Positions 27,081 to 38,178 of a stretch of 64,000 nt of DNA are shown here, one piece after another. Made by a program: the position numbers and the translations under genes. The DNA is taken from positions 1 to 64,000 of the forward strand of contig JAQGDQ010000175.1 in NCBI GenBank assembly GCA_030141605.1, in the 5' to 3' direction. Numbering within the stretch: the stretch's first letter is position 1; every line of letters begins with the position of its first letter. The notes under the pieces are model-generated. The model did no database searches. It had not been told where the DNA came from and saw only the letters and a list, made by a program, of their open reading frames with translations. The stretch comes from Tubiluchus corallicola (Eukaryota > Animalia > Priapulida).

Positions 27081-30000
27081 CACCCCATATGGATGACATC
27101 GGCGTTGGCCTGAAGCTTACCATTTGCGTCTGCTTCTGTATATCATGCCAACAAGCGTGGTGGCTGGATTGCTCTTGTAAAAATCATTTTATTTTTGTTT
27201 GGCTAATTTCAAAATGTATATAGTAGATATCCCACTCTTGCCCTATGGCAAAAGGTATAAAATTTCCGGTTTGCTGCAGTTTATTAAATTGTTTCTCTTG
27301 TTCAGCATTACCTGCGCAGATGCCTTTTAAAGGAGAAAATGCTGTAATATTATTAGGAAACCGTACATGCTTCGATATCTTATGATATTAATTCCATTGA
27401 GATTGACTTTTCTGCTGGGTTTCAGTGAGTTGTTCGAGCGACCTTGACATTTGAACACCTCAATAATACAGATAAATTATGAATGTTTAGGAAATCTTTT
27501 AGCTTGTTTTATTCTATGACTATGAGTGGGTTAAAATTGTAAAAACTCTTTAAAGTAGTTTGTGTGTGACTTTCAATTTTGCAACAATGCAGTATTACAT
27601 ATAAAAAGCTTTTTGATCAGCAAAGACATTGAAAAGTAAATAGTACACTGAAAAGCAGTGTACACTAAAACTACACAGGAATTCTGTCATTTATATTTCC
27701 CTTTGCTTGCTGGTCGCTTAATCTGTTACCTCGTATTGCGTTGTTGTGTTTTTGTTTTGTAATGAGAACTACTAATATTATAATATTCATTACAATTTGT
27801 ACACTACTGAATCAACAGCATTCTGTTAAATTGCATCCAGCCTATGCTTGTAAGGTCTGCGTATTCCAAGTACATGTACTAATAAATAATATATATGCAT
27901 GGCATAGTTCAGGTAGAGCTTAGGACCATTATTATTCTTACTATGTAGTAATGACCATTCTGAAGTATTTGCTCTAATTCTATGTAAATTCTTGCAGCCG
28001 ATTTAAAATTTTTTGTTTCCTGCTCTCAAAATCAATACATAGCTAGTTATTAGCTACTGATACTGGCAAGCAATCACAATGGTTCAGAAGGTGATAGCTC
28101 AATGTAGCTATACATAAATACACATAAATGTGCAGTGCTATCCTCAATCCACTTAGCTTGCCGCAGTTTGTTTTGTAGTTGGAGTTACCGGCTATGTGAT
28201 TCGTATTGTTAACCTTGACTTTCATAAATACAGATGATTTGCCCTGGGTACCCGATAAACCGCTTTAGCCGTTATTGAATGTACCAAACTTACTGCATCA
28301 GCTCAACAAATAAACATTTTACATAACTATTGGATTATGTTAATAACTGGTGGTAGATGTGCATGAAATCTCTGATTGTAATGATTAAATCTGCATAATG
28401 TAATTTCTTTGGTAATTGTCGTCCATTGCTTTAATGTAGGCGTGTAACGTTCGCCGTGAGTTGAGTAGCCGCATCAAATTACACTAGGAATAGTCCTTTT
28501 TATTTTTTGGGTTTGCATCCAAAGTTGCCAATTATAACAGCATTTCCAATTTGCTTATTGATTTCCCATCCTGCTAGATTTTAATAGCTATTGACTGTGT
28601 TATGCAAATCAGCGTACATTTTGAAATGCATGAATCAGCAGCATGATATTACGATTTGAATCTTTTCACTGAGAAAAACAGCTCGATCTGCTCTTATTTT
28701 GGTTGAGTCAGCCGTTTTCCTTTGAAGACTTTCCATTTAAATTCTTTGATGCCCATTGAATGCCAGTGGAGTTGAATGCTAGTTCATCTATCAACATTAT
28801 TATCCTATATACAATGTTAAATCGTCGCACAGAAAATCGTCGCAGAGAGAGGGAGAGAGAAAAAGAGAGATAAAGAATACAGAATACCCGAAACCATTTC
28901 TTGGAAAAAACATAGTTTGTTAGTTTTATTTACTGACATTAACACAGGCAAAATACACGACAAAATTAACAGTCTTGCAGAAATGGTCCACTTTGTGTGC
29001 TGCAGAGTTAGAGCGGGTAACAAACCGCTTTTATATATTTTATCATTTAAATAAATTTAAAACTGTAAAAAAGCAACGTAAAGTAATTTGTTGACTTCAT
29101 TAAATCAAACATATTGTAAAGGATTGGTCTCTAAAATGTTCAGTAAGCTAACAATCTAACAATACGTTATCCTCATCTTGTATATCTCTGTCACATATAC
29201 AAAGGCTTTGATTATATGGAATTCTACTCCATCTAGCAGTTTACACCTTGACAATTTCGTACCTGAAGCTGCTATTCTACAGTGTTCTAACGAGCAAAGA
29301 TTTGCAGTGTACAAAGCATCGACAACAATTGTGGATTAATCTTCCCGAGACAGTATTGCTAACCAGTATTTTTTGGTCTCAGACTGACGCAAACTTTTAT
29401 TTTATCCCTTATATTCATTTCAACCATCACTTGTAGCCTGTTACATACAATAGTACACATTGGTGTTCTCTCGCGTTCTACTAATTGCAATACACGTGAC
29501 CTGCAAGTTATCTGTTGCCCCACTGGCTCAGTAAGACAAGGCAGATTTAAAAAAAGTTTATTCATGAAACAGTTTGGCCTGCTTTCATCCAAAAATTGCT
29601 TGCTTTGTTTTAAAATAATCTGTTTCAATCAATATTAAGCTGTTTCGCTTGAAACTCCCGATGCGGTTAAATATCTGACTTGTTTTGATTGGAGTAAATT
29701 ATGAGATTGTAAGCTGTTGACCGTAAAAATTGTTCGTTTCATTTCACTTTTGAAAAGGAAGTCAGCGTCGCAACGTTGCACACGCATGCACGCACATAGC
29801 ACGCATAATCTTTAGTTGTCTTATAACATTAAACACATTATTTATTTGTGCAAAACTGTAGAAAAGAAGTGCCCCAGATGCAAAGCTGACAGTATAACGA
29901 CATTTTTACTTCAAAATTGCTAATAAATTGAATACAATGAAATCATTTTTTTATCAAGGGTAGAAAGTTTTTACCTAAAATTGCTTAGTATACTGAAATT

Positions 30001-31147
30001 TTATCACTGACTGTATGAGAGTCAAAATTGAGAAATGTGCCAATAATTTGGAATAATTTATGTGCACACAAAGTATGCTAACAATACAAAGGTCTTATAT
30101 TTGAAGTCACGAGGTGGAAAAGAAAATGGCAGAAACTACGCTAGCAATTTGGTGACAACACAAATCAAGGTCATTTCTGTCTTACAAAATTGTTTTCATT
30201 AGGAATAACTGTCCAAATTATTGTTGCTGTAAGAGGACTTATAGCCACTTCAAAAAATGGAAAGTTTGGTTTTCTCTCTAATTCGATTAGTTGCAAGAGC
30301 TTCAGGGCTCTGTATTCGCAATTATAACAGAAGCGGCAACTGTAGTGCCAACAGCAAGGGTAATTATAAAGCAAAAATAATGGTCCTGAGTTTCCTGGCA
30401 TATAATTATCCGGGTTATTCTGAGAAGCATAATTAGTAGCACAGTGAGATAAACATGACAAACGTGGAGGCATCGTTACAGTAACTGTTGTCTGCCATCA
30501 AGAAGGTGGGGGTACGTGGCTTGGTCCTTCTACCACAGATCCAGGACATATTTTTTTACGCAGTCCCCCAGCCTGCAAGCTGATGTCTAGCTCTTAGTGC
30601 GTAAGGATTATTAATGTTGATAGTTATGACAGTACTAGAATTTGAGATAAACATTGAATCTGTATAGATGCGTGAGCCATGCACAGGTTCTCCTTCACAA
30701 GCCAGATTTGGAACCAGTTTTCCAGCGGTAACTTACACATTTACTATCGTCAGGTTTATAAAATTTTGATTCACCAAAAACAAGAGAGCGAATAGGTTAA
30801 ACAGTATCTCTAGTAATATGCTATCATGCAGAATATCTAAATTATCATTACACTCACTTTTTGTAGCTCTGTCCCTTCATGTGTTTGCTGGGCTTGTCAA
30901 GACAACACGCCATTTACACACCTAGGAGTCGTCACTCATCAGGAGGCCAGGATTCAATTCGGCCGCTTTTTCTTTACTACCAACCCCGTTCAGATGTAGC
31001 CAGATACGCAGCGTCCCATAAATAACAACAAAACGAAAGCTGAACAAAACAAACCACTCAAACAGACAGTATAATCATCACAGCAACATCTGTATAATGA
31101 ATAATACAAGATACAACAAAAGCTCCTTAGCATCAAGAAGTTACGAC

Positions 31148-31770
31148 CGGTGCACGGTAAAATTGTCACAGGTAAAAATGACACAGGTAAAAACTGTAGA
31201 GGAAGTATAGCACGGCAAAAATGGCACACGAAAATTGTATGGTAAGAATGGCACAGAAAAAATGGCACAGGATAAAATAGCACTAGTGAGAAAATAGGAA
31301 AAATAGCACGCTTATAAAATATGAGTTTAGCATTAGATTTACTGTGGGATATAATTACTTTAGTTATTATATCTCTGCCAGAAAGTTATGCTTCAACTCT
31401 GTTTGTTTGTTTGTTTGTTTTTGTCTGTTATATGTTGATTACGTAAAAACTACTTAACAGGTTTCCACGAACCTGTGGAGCGGTTGAATAGGGGCAAGAA
31501 AAATGCATTATGATGCAGCTTCCTGGACAGGGGAGGGTGAAAACTGCCAAAATAACCGTTTTTTGCCTATTGTTTTTTTCACAAGTTTCTTTTTCTACTT
31601 TTCCATTTGTGCCCTTTTTCCTATGCCATTTTTACCTTGCCATTTTTTCTGTGTCATTCTTACCGTGCCATTTTTCCTGTGCCATTTTTACCGTGCCATT
31701 CTTTCTGTGCCATTTTTACCGTGCCATTTTTCCTGTGCCATTTTCACCTGTGCTGTCTTTACCTATATTG
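31148..31770. mobile_element. Foldback-type non-autonomous DNA element with inverted arrays of a 15-bp unit
   Basis: (GGTAAAAATGGCACA)-like units at 31156-31285 and the reverse complement (TGTGCCATTTTTACC) at ~31608-31763. Confidence 0.75.
31364..31535 (+). mobile_element. Nested DINE/HINE-like short element fragment
   Basis: TTATTATATCTCTGCCAGAAAGTTATGCTTC-(TGTT)n-...GATTACGTAAAAACTACT follows the layout of widespread TACCTCCGCCAAGGAGGTTATG-(TGTT)n-GATTACGCAAAAACTACT Helentron-type repeats, recalled rather than searched. Confidence 0.5.
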
Positions 31771-32391
31771 CTTAAAACCATGTGTTAACGAATGTAGTTT
31801 GCCAAACGAATCTATTCATTTTCGTATCGTGGTATATACATGCCAGGCTTATATCTATTAGCAGCTAGAAATATGGCTTCTACTTTTGTGTTTTTTCAAC
31901 CTTTAACTAACTTATCAAATTTGTAAAAAGATTTTTGCTTAACTGTTAACTAGTTGCAGTTCACTAGCTCTCTTTGAACGCTTAGGCTCGTAACACTTGA
32001 GCTTGAGGGCGTTTATTATTATTACAAATTAGTATTTATTTGGCATCCCAAGTAGTAGCTACACAGAACTTTATTGAAAATTTGTCTGTGTGAACAATTT
32101 AATTCCTTGTCACAGTTTATGCTGCGTTTTACCCACGATTATTTGTACTTTCAAACCAGCTCAGAAAATCGCTGATATTTGCAGCCGTGTATCGTGGTCT
32201 GCTTAACTGCAAAACATTGAATAACGTTACTGTGAAGGACAACTTATATGTATCACGCATTGTTTTGCATCCTTGAAAACTGTCTGGGTTTGTTCAAACT
32301 TTGCCTGTCGCCCATGCCTATTGAAAACCTAGTGGCCTGTGTGCATGCCGATTGCTGGATAAATTTTTGAGTTCAGTTTTTCTCTTTTTAG

Positions 32392-32951
32392 CTAACCAAC
32401 ATGCAACTAATGGTGGACTCAGGCGCTCGGGAACGGGTAACATAGGAAGAGCAAAAGTGAAGACATTGAAAATGACATTGATAATAGTGATAGCATTTAT
32501 ATTGTGTTGGACACCGTACTATGTCATGTGCCTTTGGTACTGGTTTGACCGCGAGACGGCGCGCAAAGTAGATCCAATCATTCAACGAGGTTTATTCTTA
32601 TTTGCTGTTTCCAATTCGTGTATGGACCCCATAGTATATGGCTTCTTCACCATGAATTTAAAACGAGAGATTCGACGGTGCTGCCCATGTTTGAACAAAG
32701 AACAAAAAAGGGATACATTGTTCAACTCTTTTTATTCCGGTGGTCATCAACCAGTAGCTAAATATGATTCTGATGAAGGTAGGTCTCCGTTACGACAGAT
32801 GTCCATGTATGAAGGACGCAATCGAGCGATCAGGAAACCAAGATCAAATCCAAACGATAGAAAGTCGGAACCTTTAATAAACGCAGATTCTTGTAATAAT
32901 AAAGCTGCTTCACATGGCTCACCAGCAAGCACAGAAGCAAGTTGTGTCTGA
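32392..32951 (+). CDS. AKHR: AKH/GnRH-family peptide GPCR, last coding exon (ICL3-TM6-TM7-C-tail)
   Basis: Acceptor TCTCTTTTTAG (phase 1). RAKVKTLKMT, TM6 CWTPYYVMCLWYW, TM7 LFLFAVSNSCMDPIVYG, then RRCCPC; stop TGA at 32949-32951. Joins the upstream exon in frame (...RETK-A-NQH...). Confidence 0.93.
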
Positions 32952-35310
32952 TTGACTGTTGTTAGAGAAACAAATTGTGTGACAATCTATAGGGTCTTAT
33001 AGGGCCACAAGAGTAAGCTTATGTGGAATGATAAAAGACCAAAATTGACTGTGACAAATAATTTCATTGTCTGTAGCATTGTGAGAATGCGATTAGTACA
33101 CTAGCACTAACATGCCCTATACAACAGTATTGTACAAATTTTACTAAGTTATGGTACAATATTGCTGATACACAAACATTCATGTAAGGAATTAAATGCA
33201 ACAATGTGCGTTCACACTGTGACATGTAAAATGTATCACAGAATTTAAACTCAATACTCATGATACCTGCTCTTCTTGCTCATATGTGGCAGGCTTGTTG
33301 TGTACAAGTAATTTACATCTAAAAATTATTACCAAGCTAAGAATGGCTTGTTGTAACAGAAATTTATAGTTTTTGTCATAGGTGAATGTTCTATGTTAAG
33401 CCTACACATAGAAAAAAACAATTCTGTAGGTATTTACAGCTTACATAAAAACATATACACTATATTTTGTTCCATAACTACAATTGGCAAAATTGAAAAC
33501 AGTGACACTTAGTATTAGTTTACTTTCTTTTTTCACAGTTAAACCATGGAAGCAGTAGCTCATTAGCACTTAAAAACTGGCTGTGGCTTATAGAGTTGAC
33601 TAACGTGATTGACTTTGTTTTAGTGTAAATTTGAGTGATTCAAGAATGAAAACTGTTTGCAGTGTGTTGTTTAAGCAGTGGATATTTAGGATTTGCCACA
33701 TCATTGATCAGTATGGATCATGAAACCGAAGAGATCCTTTTTTCGCTATATTACCTAGCACATTGAAAAAAGAAATTTTGGTGAAACAGTCAGAAGGTCT
33801 ATTTTTGCTCATAAATTATTATAGTACAGCCTACACATGCATTAGTTAAGAGATTTGTTGTTACTGTGGTCAGCTACCAATATCTCTCCTGCACTGTTTA
33901 AATTGAATTATGTTAATTTTGGAATTTTGGAATTAAGTCAGCTAGCTTCATTAGAAATGATAATAGTGTATTTTGTCAATGACACAACTTGTGATTTTTT
34001 TCAATTCGTTTTAGAATGAAGTTATAGAGTTGGTATTTTCCAACTTACTGTCAGTGTGTAATGATTTTTATCACTTTATTTGTAGCAGTGTGAGCTTTTC
34101 CAGGATAATTTTGATTTCTTACAGTATTTTCGTGATGTTATTTTGTGTTGCATAATTAGTTTATTATGACTTGAGTTATGAAAAATATGTAGGTATTAAG
34201 AAAATTGACTTTTGTTATCTCTACTTGATTATAATGAAGAATATAGATTGTTATTTCGTATAGTAAGTTGACAGCAGGACACACTGGGTAAACAATACAT
34301 AGTTACGGTGGTAAGAACATTTGTGAAAATCATAATAGTGTCAATGTTTCTCACATAATGCCGGCCGTAACACAAGCCGATTTACTCAGATAAGCTCATC
34401 AGAAAGTCTTTTGTGTAACAATGACATATCTCTTCTTATTGGTGTCTTTCATAAAGATTGTTTATAAAGTAAATATCGCAACTATTACAGTACGTATAGG
34501 TAGACTTCTGTAGTGTTCTCGTAGTTATTACAATGTGCACGATTGGTGACGATTCAACCAATCAGAATAAATTTTGCGTTTCGATTAATTTTCGGTAGAG
34601 GTTTTAATGTGTCGAAGGCACAACGCATCACACGATTCGTTGCAAAGATGACTGTCAACGAGACGCCTCTTGGTTTGTGCTGCTATCTATTGGACGTTTT
34701 AATACACTTCCTTCTCGTCTGCAAAGATGAACAATAAAATCTGTATGAAGGATTGCGTATTCAAAGGGCTGTAACAATAATAATTTAAAATTCAAAAATT
34801 CTCAAAAATAATGATTGTATCTACTTCCGTGTAAAACTTGTAAAGTTTTTTAAATTTGGTAAGTTTTGACTAATTTGAGTTTAAAGTACATTTAAGGCTT
34901 TAATTCCAAAAACCACATCTGCTTTATATTATAATTTAGTAAAAAACTACTGCATATTTACATGCAGCTTTAAGATTCTTGTCTATCAAGCTACGTGGAT
35001 TGTCTTAGTACTCGAAAACTAATGTTCTGTAGCATTTTACTCTCTGTAGTAGTCTGTTAGCACTTAATAATGCAACATTTTTCGCACTTTTCCCGCATCC
35101 AGTAATTACGTGATACTTTATTTTATTGTAAAGACGCTGTAATTGTGTATATCTGTTGTTGTAAACTGTAATTAGCGTCAATTGAGTGATTACCATTTTA
35201 CGTGAAAAATTAAATAGATTTGTTTATTTTTTATGAACGTCGACATTTTATTTTATTATTTTATTCATTAATTCATCTCGTAGAGTGTCTTAAACCACAA
35301 ATGACATACA

Positions 35311-35358
35311 TGCAGGTACAGACAAGCTTGCGGTTGCAGGTACAGACAAGCTTGCAGT
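35311..35358 (+). repeat. 24-bp direct tandem duplication
   Basis: TGCAGGTACAGACAAGCTTGCGGT followed by TGCAGGTACAGACAAGCTTGCAGT. Confidence 0.9.
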
Positions 35359-35911
35359 TTCAGTAGTCAAATGACAAAATTATAGGACTAAACTATGTTG
35401 TATAAGATGTTTTATTGGCCATCAGCAGTATTGTCTCTGTATTTTGTTTTGAAGACTGCCTTTTCTCACTACCTTCCACTCTATAACAACTTACTGAGCT
35501 ACGTGGGTATAAGTGATATAAGTAATTACAAGTGCTACAAATGGCTACATTACAGTTCGTGTGTTGACATGCCTAAAGTAAGCATGCGTTATATGAAAGT
35601 GGGTGAAATTTTAATGTCAGTGATAACAAGCATAATAACCAGACCATTAACATATCGCATAAAAGTACACAAACAAACATTCTGCTTCCTGTAATGATAC
35701 AATTAATGATAATCTTATTAAAACGTACCTAATTATAAATGTATTTTACTGCTGCTTTTGGTGACAAACCAACTCAATTTATTTTTGAGTGCCTCTCCAA
35801 GCAAGTTGAATTACATATTCGCTTAGGCAAGACAAAGGTCACCACATATTACATCGTGTTAACATCATGTAACACAAAGTAGCTGTAAGGAACAGTGAGG
35901 ACCCACGAAAA

Positions 35912-35936
35912 GCGCGGGAAATTTGAAGAGTTTGAA
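35912..35936 (+). promoter_or_regulatory. E2F site plus CHR (TTTGAA) composite motif
   Basis: GCGCGGGAAA-TTTGAA-GAG-TTTGAA, ~1.55 kb upstream of the K2P ATG. Motif match only. Confidence 0.3.
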
Positions 35937-37478
35937 AACCCAGGAGAATCATGCTTGGATAATTTAATCTAATGTTTTTAAAAGTTGACTAGCCGTTTCA
36001 CATCGAAGCATTGACAATCATCTACAAAACGTAACAGTTTTGCCGCACAACGGCTACAAAAGTGGTGATTGTTTGCGAGGGAGAACGGAGCAGCGTAATT
36101 TTAGCCCTTTCCCCACTATTGGGCAGACAACGCCTACATAAGTTCAAAAAATCCAATAGTTTGGAGCCCAATTGGCACTTATATAATTAAGAAAATTTTC
36201 TACTAGAAAGGGAGGGAGAGAGAGAGCGAGAGACGCATAAACACAGTCTTGCGCACACAAACGTACGCACGCACACACACACACACACGCGCGCGCACCA
36301 TAATAATAAGAGCGCAAGCTCGCGACCGACATAAATTTAAACTGCAATTTTTAGGCGGTACTTTCAGACAGAATACAGCATAATTTGATTGGAATAATTT
36401 CTAAAATATAAAAGTTTAAGTTAACTAAGACAATTAGCTAAATGAGCTATTTCATAAGCATTAAAGTAATGAAAAGAACATAACATTAAAATGACACTGC
36501 TGTATCTTTGCCCGTATAATTAATAATCTTTATTTTCATGATCAACAGAAATAAATATAGAATATCTTTACGTAATAATAAACAGGCTGCTTACTGTTTT
36601 TTTAATAACAGCATTATAGCCGTTACCGAAAGGAGTAAATATTAAACCAGGAGGAGTAGGCTCCAGTGTAACAATTTAACAAGTTTTACAGTAATGGATA
36701 ATGATCTTCTATTAATTCTAACAGTCCTGATAGAGAGTATGTACGCCTGATGTGCACGATCAAACTGCGAGATTATCCAGTTAAATCCACCTCTAAGAGC
36801 AGAAGCCAAACGCACGTAGAAAAATTGTTTTTATTACCCACTGGAGATGAGCAAAACACGTTGAAACCAGCAACTCAGCTGATAGTTAATCCGCCATAAG
36901 AGCGTCAAAGTTTTAGAAAGCTGCGTGCAGCCGGTATGACTTACTGTTATTGGAGTCGTGATGATTATATGGTCGGAAAAAATATTAACATTCAGGTAGG
37001 ATGGTGGAGCCCCTCTTTCTGACAAAATTGATGAAATTTCATCAGTTACTACACACAGATCTAGGGGTATAATCTGAACTATTTTTTACCAACCCATGAT
37101 AGGAATTTAGAAACTGTTGATGTTTTGCTCTCTGAATCCCGTAGCCCGCCGCTGTCTCAGCTGGTGTTACTGCAACGCAAGAATAGCAGCGTTATTTCAC
37201 CAAGCAATGATCCTCAGAAATATGTAGGAAAAGAAGCCCGCTTGAGTTTAGTCAGCACATTTGGAAGCTGAAAGACGTGGTAATTCGTGTCTTCCGCTGT
37301 CTGCAGATCATGATTAATGTGAAATATTTCCGTGTGTCTTGTAAATGTCATCTTTGTGGTTCTGTTGGTAATAACCGCTAACCGCTAATTTGGTTGAAGT
37401 GATTATTGTTATTCTGGCTCCATTAATCAAGGATAAACAAGCGATCATTTCTTGATAGACATAAAACATCAAAACAAC

Positions 37479-38178
37479 ATGGAAGAGAAAACTGTAGAAA
37501 AACCCGTGCAAAGACGCAGACTACAACAGTCTCAGTCCATGTCGCCGCAGCGATGGTCACGTTTACCAACCGCTGTTATGTATTCCTCGCGTTATCCGGA
37601 CCGACCAAGAACAATGTATGTACCCTATCCTGTCCGCAGATCCCCATCCAAGGCTTCACAACAACCCACTCCTTATTATTCAATACCCAAACGACAATGG
37701 TCAGACGTGCCTTTGTTGGAGAGAGAAATCCGCTGTCCTTCTATGCCCCAGTTCAGACAAACCATACGAGAATGGTCGCGCAAGTGGTTCACTCATGTTG
37801 GTCTGATAGCCCTTTTGATTGCCTACCTGTTTCTTGGAGCAGGGGTATTTCAAAAATTAGAAACAGGAAAGGAAACGGAATTAAAGCAGAAACAGTTAGA
37901 TTTACAAATACTAGCCAACGAAACACGTGCAAATTTCTCCGTGACGCTCATAGCAAATATGTCTGAATACATGTGGAACGTTGCAGTAAATTTGAATGTG
38001 TTGCACGAGCAGGACTTTAAAGCTCAAGTTGAAGAATATGCAGAACAGATTGATAAACAAGTACAAGAAATGGCTGAGATAATACTTGATGCTGGCAGAG
38101 CAGAAATAAATATGGAAGAATCAAGATGGACGTTATTAGAAGCGCTGTTCTTTTCAGCCACTGTTATTACATCTATAG
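37479..38178 (+). CDS. Two-pore-domain K+ channel (K2P, TWK/KCNK18-like), exon 1: N-terminus, M1, cap, pore helix 1
   Basis: ATG at 37479; M1 HVGLIALLIAYLFLGAGVFQKLE; WTLLEALFFSATVITSIG; donor AG|GTGAGA phase 1. A possible acceptor near 37458 means an upstream exon cannot be excluded. Confidence 0.9.

Noticed and set aside
26675-27123. Four overlapping Lys/Asn/Glu-rich or Phe/Leu-rich ORFs
   Set aside because: Low-complexity trinucleotide tract inside the DINE-like element; no domain or splice support.
30990-31861. ORFs with repeated PFFLCHF/CAIF peptides; also considered as a CRISPR-like array
   Set aside because: A 15-bp unit keeps all frames open. There are no unique spacers and no cas genes, and the context is eukaryotic.
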